Below, in pieces: positions 9,506 to 19,050 of a stretch of 64,000 bases of DNA. The notes beneath the pieces are model-generated. The model did not search any database. It was not told where the DNA came from and worked only from the letters and a program-made list of their open reading frames with translations. Source of the stretch: Candidatus Nomurabacteria bacterium (GTDB lineage Bacteria > Patescibacteriota > Minisyncoccia > Phycocordibacterales > UBA9973); NCBI GenBank assembly GCA_025361085.1, contig JANYAX010000012.1:255-64254 (forward strand), written 5' to 3'. The position numbers and the translations under genes were made by a program. Each line of letters begins with the position of its first letter. The first letter of the stretch is position 1.

Positions 9506-9807
9506 TATACTCTTGAAACTCCATACATGTTAACTAAATATGGAGATTTAACAGGCGTGGGAGAATGAAGAATTTCCCAAAGTTTTTCATATTCATTATC
9601 CACTTTTTGATTCAATGATTGGTATCGCGAGCCCTTTATTTTTTTTGCAGATTCAATGTATCCGCTCACAGCTTGAAGAAGATTAAAAAATGCAAGCTTG
9701 GGATCATCACTAGATTCAACAATATTAAACTCAAGTGCCACAGCATACCATGTATCCTCATCCTTGAAAACTATATGCCTAAATGTACCTTTTGTCAGTG
9801 TATTCAT
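9505..9807 (-). CDS. HicB-like antitoxin
   Basis: N-terminal HicB-like fold (IVFKDEDTWYAVALEFNIVESSDD); stop overlaps hicA start; start taken at MNTLTK. Confidence 0.65.
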   Translation of the reverse strand: MNTLTKGTFRHIVFKDEDTWYAVALEFNIVESSDDPKLAFFNLLQAVSGYIESAKKIKGSRYQSLNQKVDNEYEKLWEILHSPTPVKSPYLVNMYGVSRV

Positions 9808-9882
9808 ACTAACAATATAGCATAACAATGTAAAAAATTAAAGTCGTTAGAAAAACCAGAAAATTATGATAATAATCATCCC

Positions 9883-9909
9883 CCAGATAGTGGCCTTGCC
9901 ACTATCTGG
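9883..9909. repeat. 27-bp palindromic element, copy 1
   Basis: CCAGATAGTGGCCTTGCCACTATCTGG; exact reverse-complement copy at 43398-43424. Confidence 0.8.
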
Positions 9910-9924
9910 GGGAGTTTCGTATGT

Positions 9925-9980
9925 GTTATGTGTTATATGTTATATGTTATGCGTTATTCGTTATTCGTTATTCGTTATTT
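9925..9980. repeat. Heptamer tandem repeat (GTTATnn x8)
   Basis: GTTAT recurs every 7 nt from 9925 to 9974; overlaps the ftsH stop. Confidence 0.8.
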
Positions 9981-11896
9981 GTTTCTTCGCGTTTCTTTGG
10001 CATTATCCCGTTCGCAATTATTATCTCATTGAATTCTTTCTGTTCAAGTGTTTCTGCTTCGATAAGCTTCCCAGCGATAGCATCGAGGACTTTTCTCTTG
10101 TCGGAAAGTATTTCGCGAGCTATATTGAATGCACCGTTCATAATTTTTGAAACTTCTCCGTCGATAAGAGCGCTAACTCTCTCGGAATATTCTTTATCAT
10201 TTACACCTTGGCCAAACATTGTCCTTCCCCCATCACTTTCAAGCGCGATAGGCCCGATCTCATCACTCATCCCCCATCTGGTCACCATAGCGCGAGCAAG
10301 ATTTGTCGCTACTTGCAGATCATTCGACGGTCCAGTCGTAATATCACCGAAAATCATTTCCTCTGCGACATAACCACCGAGAGACATCGCAATATCATCA
10401 AGAAATTCTTTTTTACTTTGCATTCGGCGTTCTTCAAGTGGAAGATTGAGTGTGTAACCTCCAGCACGCCCACGAGACACGATAGAAACTTTGTGGACCG
10501 GGTCGGCATATTCGAGAATCGAAGCCAGAAGTGCATGGCCGGCTTCATGATAGGCAGTAATCTCTTTTTCTTTTTTAGAAAGCAAATGACTTTTTCTTTC
10601 TGGCCCCATCATAACTTTTTCAATAGAACGAACAAGGTCAAACTGTGCAACTTTCTTTCGATCTTCTCGAGCAGCGAGAATTGCCCCTTCGTTCATAAGA
10701 GAATACAAATCCGCACCAGAAAAACCCGGGGTACGCTCAGCAATAACTTTCAAATTTACATCTTCGGCAAATGGTTTCTTTTTCGAGTGTATTGTGAGGA
10801 TGTCCAAGCGGTCTTCTCTGTCTGGCAATTCAAGCACAACCCTCCTGTCGAAACGCCCTGGGCGAAGAAGCGCTGGATCGAGAACATCGGAACGATTAGT
10901 GGCCGCCATAACAATAACTTTTTCATTTGGTTCAAAACCATCCATCTCAACGAGTATTTGGTTTAATGTTTGTTCGCGTTCATCGTTCCCGCCGCCGACA
11001 CCAGTTCCACGTACACGCCCAACGGCGTCGATCTCATCGATAAAAACTATTGATGGAGCAGCTTTTTTGGCCATTTTGAATAAATCACGCACACGGCTTG
11101 CTCCGACTCCAACGAACATTTCAACGAATTCAGAACCTGACAAATGAAAGAATGGCACCGATGCTTCCCCAGCAACAGCACGCGCCAGCAAGGTCTTGCC
11201 TGTTCCTGGTGCACCCGTTAAGATAACTCCCTTAGGAATTCTGGCGCCAATATCCAAAAACTTTTTAGGATTTTTCAAAAAATCTACAATTTCTTTCAAT
11301 TCTTCTTTCGCTTCTTTAGCTCCAGCGACATCTTTAAATGTAACTTTATTATTTTTATCATTTGGATCGGTGATACGTGCTTTCGATTGACCAAAAGTAA
11401 AAGCTTGCATTCCTTGGCCTTTGACTTGTCGAGTTAGCATCCAAACAAAAAATACAATCAATAATACTGGTAACAAAAATGGCATAATATTTAACAACCA
11501 AAACCAAAACCCTGTTTGATTTTTTATTTCAATAGGAGTCGATGCGAGCTCGGCAGGAGTCACTCCGTAATTGAACAACGTTGTCGAAAGAGAACTCTCT
11601 ACTTCTTTTTTTGCTTTACCTAGTATGCCATCTTTGAAAGTTACATTCACATCGTTACCCTCTACATCAATCTTTTGTATTGTTCCGGCCGACACTCCTT
11701 TGGCAACATCAGAAATAGTGAGACTTTTAATATTTTCAGCTGGCTTTGATAGGTACGAATACGCAACAGTAATCGCCATGAAAATGAAAATCGCGATGAA
11801 AATCTGATTCACCAATTTTGGCGTTTTCTTCGGTATCATCCCCTTTGGTAATTGGGGCATATCTTTATTGTTTGGTTTATTATTATCTGTGTTCAT
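9968..11896 (-). CDS. ftsH: ATP-dependent zinc metalloprotease FtsH
   Basis: Two TM segments, [28 protein letters not shown]. Confidence 0.97.
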   Translation of the reverse strand: MNTDNNKPNNKDMPQLPKGMIPKKTPKLVNQIFIAIFIFMAITVAYSYLSKPAENIKSLTISDVAKGVSAGTIQKIDVEGNDVNVTFKDGILGKAKKEVESSLSTTLFNYGVTPAELASTPIEIKNQTGFWFWLLNIMPFLLPVLLIVFFVWMLTRQVKGQGMQAFTFGQSKARITDPNDKNNKVTFKDVAGAKEAKEELKEIVDFLKNPKKFLDIGARIPKGVILTGAPGTGKTLLARAVAGEASVPFFHLSGSEFVEMFVGVGASRVRDLFKMAKKAAPSIVFIDEIDAVGRVRGTGVGGGNDEREQTLNQILVEMDGFEPNEKVIVMAATNRSDVLDPALLRPGRFDRRVVLELPDREDRLDILTIHSKKKPFAEDVNLKVIAERTPGFSGADLYSLMNEGAILAAREDRKKVAQFDLVRSIEKVMMGPERKSHLLSKKEKEITAYHEAGHALLASILEYADPVHKVSIVSRGRAGGYTLNLPLEERRMQSKKEFLDDIAMSLGGYVAEEMIFGDITTGPSNDLQVATNLARAMVTRWGMSDEIGPIALESDGGRTMFGQGVNDKEYSERVSALIDGEVSKIMNGAFNIAREILSDKRKVLDAIAGKLIEAETLEQKEFNEIIIANGIMPKKREETNNE

Positions 11897-11923
11897 AGTC
11901 TCTGCATTATACCCTAAAAATCA

Positions 11924-11993
11924 AACCTCCCCAACCCCTCCTTATCAGGAGGGGCGACCTACCCTGATAAGAGGAGGATTAAGGAAGGGGGTT
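11924..11993. repeat. GC-rich REP-like palindromic element between divergent ftsH and smpB
   Basis: CCCCTCCT-TATC-AGGAGGGG hairpin followed by a degenerate complementary half. Confidence 0.55.
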
Positions 11994-12030
11994 AGATAAA
12001 ATTCAAAGTTTTGTGATAATATATAAATGC

Positions 12031-12474
12031 ATGACAGTATATATCGACAACAGAAAAGCGCACTTCACCTATACAATCGAGGACACATACGAAGCTGGGA
12101 TAAAACTCATGGGGCATGAAGTGAAAGCGATAAAAAATGGCCAAGGAAATATCAACTCGGCTTTTTGTATAGTGCGTGGAGGAGAAGCATATATAATAGG
12201 AATGCACATTCCGCCTTATCAACCTCACAATATTGATTTGGGTTACGACCCAGACAGAACTCGCCGTTTGTTACTATCAAAAAAAGAGATAAAAAAAATG
12301 GGAGAAAAAGATGACATCAAAGGGTTGACTCTTGTTCCGATTTCAGTGTATAGTAAGGGTCCTTATATCAAAGTCTCAATAGCTATCGCTCGAGGTAAAA
12401 AAGAATTCGACAAGCGAGAAACTATCAAGAAACGAGATTTGGATAGAGAGATAAGGAGAGAGTATAAGGGATAG
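12031..12474 (+). CDS. smpB: SsrA-binding protein SmpB
   Basis: NRKAHFTY..EAGI.L.G.EVK, RRLLL, ARGKKEFDKRE; adjacent to tmRNA; start taken at ATG 12031. Confidence 0.96.
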   Translation: MTVYIDNRKAHFTYTIEDTYEAGIKLMGHEVKAIKNGQGNINSAFCIVRGGEAYIIGMHIPPYQPHNIDLGYDPDRTRRLLLSKKEIKKMGEKDDIKGLTLVPISVYSKGPYIKVSIAIARGKKEFDKRETIKKRDLDREIRREYKG

Positions 12475-12537
12475 TTTTTTGAAAAATATAAATCTGCCCT
12501 TCGATAAACTCAGGGCAAAATTTATTTCATAAATTTT

Positions 12538-12927
12538 GGGGATGATCGGCTTCGACAAGTTGAATCATCTTATATATGCATGTAGAGTATGGAGGTATCT
12601 CTTAAAACTTCTTCCAAAAGACTAAGTGCAAACAAAGTCGCTTCGGTAAAGTCTCCATACTTCGGTATGAATAACTTTGCTTTCGCTTTCGCCTAATTTA
12701 GGCCAGAGCGATGTTCGCTTTCTAGACATCCGATATAGAAAGTGAGCATCATTTATCGGGTTACGAATTTATAACAGCTTGATATAAATTCCGACAATTT
12801 AAAGCTCGGTGTTTATTTTTTCTTGAATGTTCTCTAGAATAAACATTTAAACCCAATTGAACATTCTACACATGTAGATTTCTATAAAAGTTCATTTTGC
12901 ACGCGGGTTCGATTCCCGCCATCTCCA
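12538..12927 (+). ncRNA. ssrA: tmRNA; predicted tag ANKVASVKSPYFGMNNFAFAFA (12628-12696)
   Basis: 5' GGGGATGATCGGCTTCGAC; 3' GCGGGTTCGATTCCCGCCATCTCCA; internal GCA-AAC resume frame ending in Ala; downstream of smpB. Confidence 0.93.
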
Positions 12928-13200
12928 CACGTAGAAAAAAGAGCCCGTCGCAAGACGGCCTTTTTTCTTGTGTGGAGATGAGCGAGCAAACTGCTTTGCT
13001 CGCGTGCGGGAATCGAAAGACTTTTCGTTCTCTGGTGTTAACCAGAGCGAAAAGTACCTGGCGATGTAATCGCCGATACATGTACTCATGATCCCGCCAT
13101 CGTTTGAGTAAAGACCGAAAGCGGTACTCCGCGGTTCCCGCGAACGGAAAAGGTGTACTAAACTTGTAAGGTTAGATAAGCGTACTCGCGGTCCCGCCAT
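12928..13200. repeat. tmRNA-linked structured element with inverted and direct copies of the tmRNA 3' end
   Basis: TGTGGAGATG..GCGGGAATCGAA (antisense copy), several hairpins, TCCCGCCAT copies ending 13100 and 13200. Confidence 0.65.
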
Positions 13201-13286
13201 ATGTGTGTGCACATTACCGAACACCCCATTGACAACACCTACATTGAGCGTAATATTAAGATAAACAATCACTAAAATTTACAACT

Positions 13287-13670
13287 ATGAGTAGTATATT
13301 TAATCGGGGAGCAAAATCCTCACAAATCGTTGTATTTGTTGACTCTCCATATTTGGATAAAGTCAAAGATTTTTTAAAGGAAAATTACGGTGGAAAGATC
13401 AAAGTGATTTCTGATCCTCAAAAGCCATGGGGTATGGCTATCGTGGATCCGTATACCATTATGAATTCGGGCTTAAAAATGGGCCCTATTCAAAAAGGCT
13501 TCTCGGAGGGGAAACCACTATTTTCCGCATCTCTTGGATCATCTGACCTTGGAAAAATCAAGATCCCAGAAAGAGCCAGCGAAGAACTAAATCGGCTTGA
13601 TCCTGAACACTTAGAGGAAGGATTGGCCACTGTTATTAACCTGCTCAATAAGATCAAAACAACCAATTGA
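13287..13670 (+). CDS. Hypothetical protein
   Basis: 127-aa ORF with upstream TTGACA/TAATAT and a downstream hairpin near 13692-13720. Confidence 0.6.
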   Translation: MSSIFNRGAKSSQIVVFVDSPYLDKVKDFLKENYGGKIKVISDPQKPWGMAIVDPYTIMNSGLKMGPIQKGFSEGKPLFSASLGSSDLGKIKIPERASEELNRLDPEHLEEGLATVINLLNKIKTTN

Positions 13671-13737
13671 ACTGGTTCGACCCACCAAAAGAAACCCACC
13701 ATTTTCTTTTGGTGGGTTTTCTTTTTATAAATATTTT

Positions 13738-15108
13738 TTATTTCCCCGCTAGTTTACTTGCTAAACCCGTATAAGATAGCGGGGTTGTTTTTTTGAGTTC
13801 AGATTTTATTTTTGGAGAAACTTTCAACCCATCGATAAATTTTGCAAAATCATCCGTTGTTACCTCCTTCCCTCTTGTTAATTCTTTCAGAGCTTCATAA
13901 GGTATTGGGTAATTCTCACGACGAAGAACTGTCTGAATCGCTTCAGCAATAATTTCAGGGTGAGAAGATAATTCTTCTTTTATTTTATTTTCGTTTACAA
14001 AAATTTTACCTAAACCTTTCAACAGTGAAACATATGCAAGAAGTGAATGCCCAAATGCCGTCCCGAAAGAACGTTCTACTGTCGAGTCTGAAAGATCACG
14101 CTGAAGTCGTGAGACTGGAAGCTTGCGAGCAAAGAATTCAAACAAGGCATTAGCTATCCCCAAGTTTCCTTCACTGTTTTCAAAATCAATTGGGTTTATT
14201 TTGTGTGGCATTGTCGAAGACCCTACTTCGCCGTCTTTTGGTTTCTGCATTACCCAACCGTCAGAAATATATCTCCACATATCTTGATTAAAATCGATCA
14301 AGATATTATTTACTTGTTTTAATTTGTCAAAAACTTCTACATATGAATCATGGGGTTCGATCTGAGTAGTGAAATAATTAAGTTCAATAGATATTTCTCT
14401 TTTCACATTTAAATTCGCAACAAAATCTTTTGAAAATTTTAGCCAATCAACTTTGGGGTAAGCGACCATGTGAGCATTATAATTCCCGGAAGCGCCGTTT
14501 AGTTTTGCTAAAATTTTCTGTTTTTCTAAATGATTTATTACCCTACCGAGCCTTTGCGCAAAAACTTTCATCTCCTTCCCAAATGTTGTAGGCGTTGCTG
14601 GCTGGCCATGTGTGCGAGCAAGCATTGGTAAATCTTTGTACTTTTTTGCAAGATTATTAAGCTCGGTAATTATCTTGTTGATTTCAGGTATGATAACTTG
14701 CCCAAGTGAGTCAGAAAGAATAAGCGCATAAGAAATATTGTTGGTATCTTCTGAAGTAAGAGCGAAGTGTACCCATTCTATACTATCTTTAAGCGATGTC
14801 TTCTCAATTTTTTCTTTAATAAAATATTCTACCGCTTTCACATCATGATTGGTTGTGGTTTCAAAAGTTTTTATTTTCTCGTATGAACTTTCATCAAACT
14901 TTTCATACAAATCTGTAAGCATCTTAACTTCACCTTGAGAGAATTTTCTTAAACCCACTTTGCCAGATAGTGATAGAGCAATCAAATACTTTACTTCCAT
15001 CATTACCCTATACTTCATGAGAGCTTGTTCGCTAAAATACGAAGACAAAATCTTTGTCTTTTCATAATATCTGCCATCAAGTGGATTTATATTTGTTCCT
15101 CGCGTCAT
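13738..15108 (-). CDS. purB: Adenylosuccinate lyase
   Basis: PLDGRY, NHDVKAVEY, RTHGQPA, GSSTMPHKINP. Confidence 0.97.
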   Translation of the reverse strand: MTRGTNINPLDGRYYEKTKILSSYFSEQALMKYRVMMEVKYLIALSLSGKVGLRKFSQGEVKMLTDLYEKFDESSYEKIKTFETTTNHDVKAVEYFIKEKIEKTSLKDSIEWVHFALTSEDTNNISYALILSDSLGQVIIPEINKIITELNNLAKKYKDLPMLARTHGQPATPTTFGKEMKVFAQRLGRVINHLEKQKILAKLNGASGNYNAHMVAYPKVDWLKFSKDFVANLNVKREISIELNYFTTQIEPHDSYVEVFDKLKQVNNILIDFNQDMWRYISDGWVMQKPKDGEVGSSTMPHKINPIDFENSEGNLGIANALFEFFARKLPVSRLQRDLSDSTVERSFGTAFGHSLLAYVSLLKGLGKIFVNENKIKEELSSHPEIIAEAIQTVLRRENYPIPYEALKELTRGKEVTTDDFAKFIDGLKVSPKIKSELKKTTPLSYTGLASKLAGK

Positions 15109-16064
15109 ATATTCTTTAGATTATTATTAATTCTCTCCATTATTGGAGTATCGAAATCGTGTACAAATTTTTTACCAGTGATTTTCTCATATATTTCTAT
15201 GTAACGACGAGAAAGCTCGGCGATCATCTCGGGTGGAGCAATCGGCAAAACTTCATCTTTGTATGGATCACAATTATCTTTGAACCACATTCGCAAAAAT
15301 TCTTTATCAAAATATTCTGGTTCCTCACCTTTTGCGATTCTATCTTCATAAGTATCGGCCTTCCAGTAGCGAGAAGAATCGGGAGTGTGAATCTCATCGA
15401 TCAAAATTAATTCGCCATTATCATCAAGACCGAATTCGTATTTTGTATCTACAAGAATAAGCCCACGAGAAAGCGCAATTTCTTGTCCACGAGCGAAAAG
15501 AGCTTTAGCAGTCTTCTCAACTTTGTCGGCGATCTCTTGTGTGACCAACCCTTCAGCAACCATTTCGCTTGGCGTTATTGGCCGGTCGTGTTCTTCATGC
15601 TTCGTTGTCGGAGTGAATACTGGCTCTGGTAATTTTTGATTTTTCTTCATTCCATCTGGAAGAACAAAATTACCAAAATCACGCTGACCATCTTTGTAAT
15701 GCGTCCAAAGTGAAGTCGAAGTCACGCCAGAAATAAACCCGCGAACGATAGCTTCGATAGGAAGTGGCTGACACTTCTTGGCAACCAAAATATTTGGATC
15801 AGGAATACTAAGCACGTGGTTTTGAATTATGTCTTTCGTCTGCTCAAACCAATAAGCACTGATTTGGTTTAGCACTTCCCCTTTGAATGGCACGAGGGCG
15901 ATAATACGATCGAAAGAAGAGTGACGATCGGTTGAGACAAGCATGATCTTGTCTGGCATTGTGTATATATCACGAACCTTACCAACTTTTTTCTCACCAA
16001 AACCCACAAAATCAGTTTTCTCTAAAACATCCCCAATATGATTCTTTATTATTTCTATATTCAT
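15105..16064 (-). CDS. purC: SAICAR synthetase
   Basis: GKVRDIY, TDRHSSFD, DTKYEFG, DEIHTPDSSR; start taken at MNIEII. Confidence 0.96.
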   Translation of the reverse strand: MNIEIIKNHIGDVLEKTDFVGFGEKKVGKVRDIYTMPDKIMLVSTDRHSSFDRIIALVPFKGEVLNQISAYWFEQTKDIIQNHVLSIPDPNILVAKKCQPLPIEAIVRGFISGVTSTSLWTHYKDGQRDFGNFVLPDGMKKNQKLPEPVFTPTTKHEEHDRPITPSEMVAEGLVTQEIADKVEKTAKALFARGQEIALSRGLILVDTKYEFGLDDNGELILIDEIHTPDSSRYWKADTYEDRIAKGEEPEYFDKEFLRMWFKDNCDPYKDEVLPIAPPEMIAELSRRYIEIYEKITGKKFVHDFDTPIMERINNNLKNI

Positions 16065-16113
16065 ATGATTTAGCGAAATCATGTCGCGCAACCGTCCTCT
16101 TAGCGCGACATGA

Positions 16114-17154
16114 TTATTTTAAAATTACCTTCTTACTACCATTTATAATTTTACCAATTTCGTAAGCTTTAAATTTTGGATAATCAACCAGAATAGATTT
16201 TATTTTTTCTTTTTCTGATTTTGGAACAATAAGCATTAAACCAATGCCCATATTAAATGTTCTATACATATCGGTCTCAGAAATGTCTCCAAGCTTCTGC
16301 ATGTATGGAAAAATTGGAACCATTGGCCAAGTATCTTTTTTTATTTCAGCATCAAGTTGCTCTGGCAAAACACGAGGGATATTCTCGAGGAATCCTCCGC
16401 CGGTAATATGCGCAATCCCGTGTATTTGTATACCATTATCAAGCATTTTAAGAACTGGCATAGAATAATTCGTATGAACTTGAAGTAATGCTTCCCCGAC
16501 GGTCATCCCGAGCTCATCTATCTTTGTATCTACTTTATTTAGGGCTATTTCAAAGAATAATTTTCGAGCAAGAGAATACCCGTTCGTGTGCAAACCACTT
16601 GAAGGAAACCCGAGAATGATATCACCTTCAACAACTTTCTCTCCGGTCACAATTTTTTCTTTTTCTACAACACCAGTAATACACCCAGCAATATCGTGTT
16701 CACCATCTCTATACGTTCCTGGCATTTCTGCTGTCTCACCTCCTAAAAGTGAAACTCCATTTTCTCTGCAAGCTTTTGACATCCCCGAGACCATCGCCTC
16801 CATAACTAGAGGGTCCAATTTATCGTGCGCAACATAATCAAGAAAAGTGAGAGAACGAGCCCCCATCGCCAGTAAATCATCACAACAATGATTCACAATG
16901 TCTTCCCCGACTGAATCATATTTATTCATCATTTTAGCGACAGAAAGTTTGGTCCCAACTCCATCAATACTCTGAACTAGAACCGGATTTTTGTATGATT
17001 TTAAAACCTCTCCAATGTCGTACAAACCGCCAAAACTGCCAATACCTGTAAGTACGGCTTTGGTGTGAGTACTCGCGACATCTTTTTTAATTCGACGAAC
17101 AACCTCATTTCCCGCATCGATATTCACCCCCGCTTTTGTATATAAATCACTCAT
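16114..17154 (-). CDS. purM: AIR synthetase
   Basis: YTKAGVNIDAG, DGVGTK, GGETAEMPG, SSGLHTNGYSL, RTFNMGIG. Confidence 0.97.
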   Translation of the reverse strand: MSDLYTKAGVNIDAGNEVVRRIKKDVASTHTKAVLTGIGSFGGLYDIGEVLKSYKNPVLVQSIDGVGTKLSVAKMMNKYDSVGEDIVNHCCDDLLAMGARSLTFLDYVAHDKLDPLVMEAMVSGMSKACRENGVSLLGGETAEMPGTYRDGEHDIAGCITGVVEKEKIVTGEKVVEGDIILGFPSSGLHTNGYSLARKLFFEIALNKVDTKIDELGMTVGEALLQVHTNYSMPVLKMLDNGIQIHGIAHITGGGFLENIPRVLPEQLDAEIKKDTWPMVPIFPYMQKLGDISETDMYRTFNMGIGLMLIVPKSEKEKIKSILVDYPKFKAYEIGKIINGSKKVILK

Positions 17155-17157
17155 AAA

Positions 17158-17679
17158 TTATTTTTCTGCCAAGTATTGTTTATAGCCAATTTTAGATAAT
17201 TTCTCCCCTTTTGCTTCGATATCAGCTGACATTTTTTTTCGGTAATCAATTAATTTATTTTCTAGATCTTTGTCATTTACTGCAAGAATTTGAACTGCAA
17301 GAATTCCAGCATTCTTTGCTCCGTCGATTCCGACAGTTGCAACTGGGATTCCAGGAGGCATCCCGACAGTTGAAAGTAATGAATCGAGGCCATCTAAACT
17401 TTTCGCTTTGACGGGGATCCCGATAACAGGGAGCGTCGTAAGCGACGCCACAACCCCTGCTAGGTGTGCTGCCCCACCCGCACCGGCGATAAATACTTTT
17501 ACTCCATTGGCGACGGAATCAGTAACATACTTGTGAACCAAAGACGGTGTTCTGTGAGCCGAAGCCACTGTTATATTGTAAGAGATACCAAATTCTTCTA
17601 ATAAAGAGGAAGCCCCTGAAATGACCCCAAGGTCAGAATCTGAGCCCATAATAATAGATACTTTTGCATCTGTTTTCAT
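17158..17679 (-). CDS. purE: N5-CAIR mutase / AIR carboxylase PurE
   Basis: [33 protein letters not shown]. Confidence 0.96.
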   Translation of the reverse strand: MKTDAKVSIIMGSDSDLGVISGASSLLEEFGISYNITVASAHRTPSLVHKYVTDSVANGVKVFIAGAGGAAHLAGVVASLTTLPVIGIPVKAKSLDGLDSLLSTVGMPPGIPVATVGIDGAKNAGILAVQILAVNDKDLENKLIDYRKKMSADIEAKGEKLSKIGYKQYLAEK

Positions 17680-17724
17680 ACTATTACTTTATCACCTAGA
17701 CAGAAATAAGACAATCAATCAGGT

Positions 17725-19032
17725 TTATAATTCTAGCGCTTTCTTGCCGATATCTTTGCGATAGTACATACCTTCAAAATTTATTTTCTTTACCGCTTCG
17801 TACGCTGTGGCAAGTGCAACAGATAAATTTTCTCCAATTGCTGAAACTCCGAGAACCCTTCCCCCATTTGTAACTAGATTCTCCATTCGGCCATGCTCAG
17901 AATCTTCGACTTCTTCCATTTTTGTTCCCGCGTGAAAGACGACAATATTTGGCATCTGTTCAGCTTCAGGAATTCCAGAAATTATTTTCCCTTTCTCGTA
18001 ATTACCAGGGTACCCACCGGATGCAAGAATAATAGTGCAAGCGCTCATATCTTTCCATTTAACTTTCACATCAGAAAGTTTGTGATCAATACATGCATCC
18101 ACAATATCGAGCAAATCTGTTTCGAGAAGTCTCATATAAGTTTGTGTTTCTGGGTCACCAAAACGAGCATTATATTCAAGAATTTTCGGACCAGCAGTCG
18201 TGAGCATTAGCCCAGGGTAAAGTATCCCTTCAAAAATATTGCCATCCGATTCCATCCCTTTTAGTGTTTCCGCCACAATTTTATTTTTTATATCTTCATA
18301 CAGTTCACTCGAAACAAATGGCAACGGGGCTATGGTCCCCATCCCTCCTGTGTTTAGCCCTTCATCATTCTCTCCAATTTTTTTATGATCTTGTGATGTA
18401 GGGAATAGCGAAAAATTTATTCCATCTGAAAATGCATGCGTAGAAATTTCAGGCCCAGTCAAAAATTCTTCTATCACCACTTCATTCCCAGCTTCGCCAA
18501 AAACTTTTTTCACGAGTATATCTTCGAGCGCCAAATGAACCTCTTTTCTGGTTTGCGCAATGATTACACCCTTCCCAAGCGCAAGACCACTTGCCTTTAT
18601 CACGATTGGTAATGTTTCCATATCTGTGTACCTGATAGCTTCATCGAAATTGGTAAAAACTTTAAATCGCGCTGTCGGCAAATTATGCTTTTTCATAAAG
18701 TTCTTTGAAAATGCTTTTGAATATTCGAGCTGCGCCGCCGATTTCGTCGGGCCAAAAATCCGTAGATTCTCGGTTCTAAACGCATCGACAATCCCGAGAG
18801 CAAGTGGGTCATCGGGTAAAGCAAGAGTTAAATCAATCTTTTCTCTTTTTACAAATTCAATGAGTTTGTCGATTTCTGTGGCTTTAATAGCTATATTTGT
18901 TCCGATCTTTGTGGTTCCAGCATTCCCGGGAGCAAAATAAATCTCTCCTGCTCGTGGTGACTGTGATACCTTCCACCCGATCGCATGCTCTCTTCCCCCA
19001 CTCCCTATTATTAATATTTTTTGTTTTTGCAT
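17725..19032 (-). CDS. purD: Phosphoribosylamine-glycine ligase
   Basis: IGSGGREHA, GLALGKGV, QDHKK, EYNARFGDPE, TNGGRVL. Confidence 0.97.
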   Translation of the reverse strand: MQKQKILIIGSGGREHAIGWKVSQSPRAGEIYFAPGNAGTTKIGTNIAIKATEIDKLIEFVKREKIDLTLALPDDPLALGIVDAFRTENLRIFGPTKSAAQLEYSKAFSKNFMKKHNLPTARFKVFTNFDEAIRYTDMETLPIVIKASGLALGKGVIIAQTRKEVHLALEDILVKKVFGEAGNEVVIEEFLTGPEISTHAFSDGINFSLFPTSQDHKKIGENDEGLNTGGMGTIAPLPFVSSELYEDIKNKIVAETLKGMESDGNIFEGILYPGLMLTTAGPKILEYNARFGDPETQTYMRLLETDLLDIVDACIDHKLSDVKVKWKDMSACTIILASGGYPGNYEKGKIISGIPEAEQMPNIVVFHAGTKMEEVEDSEHGRMENLVTNGGRVLGVSAIGENLSVALATAYEAVKKINFEGMYYRKDIGKKALEL

Positions 19033-19050
19033 AAAATTTTTATATCACTA

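Noticed and set aside
9866-10966. Plus-strand ORFs of 94, 150 and 252 aa
   Set aside because: Antisense shadows of ftsH, partly made of the heptamer repeat
12866-13272. Overlapping ORFs after tmRNA
   Set aside because: They overlap tmRNA and the GC-rich structured element; no protein motifs or clear starts
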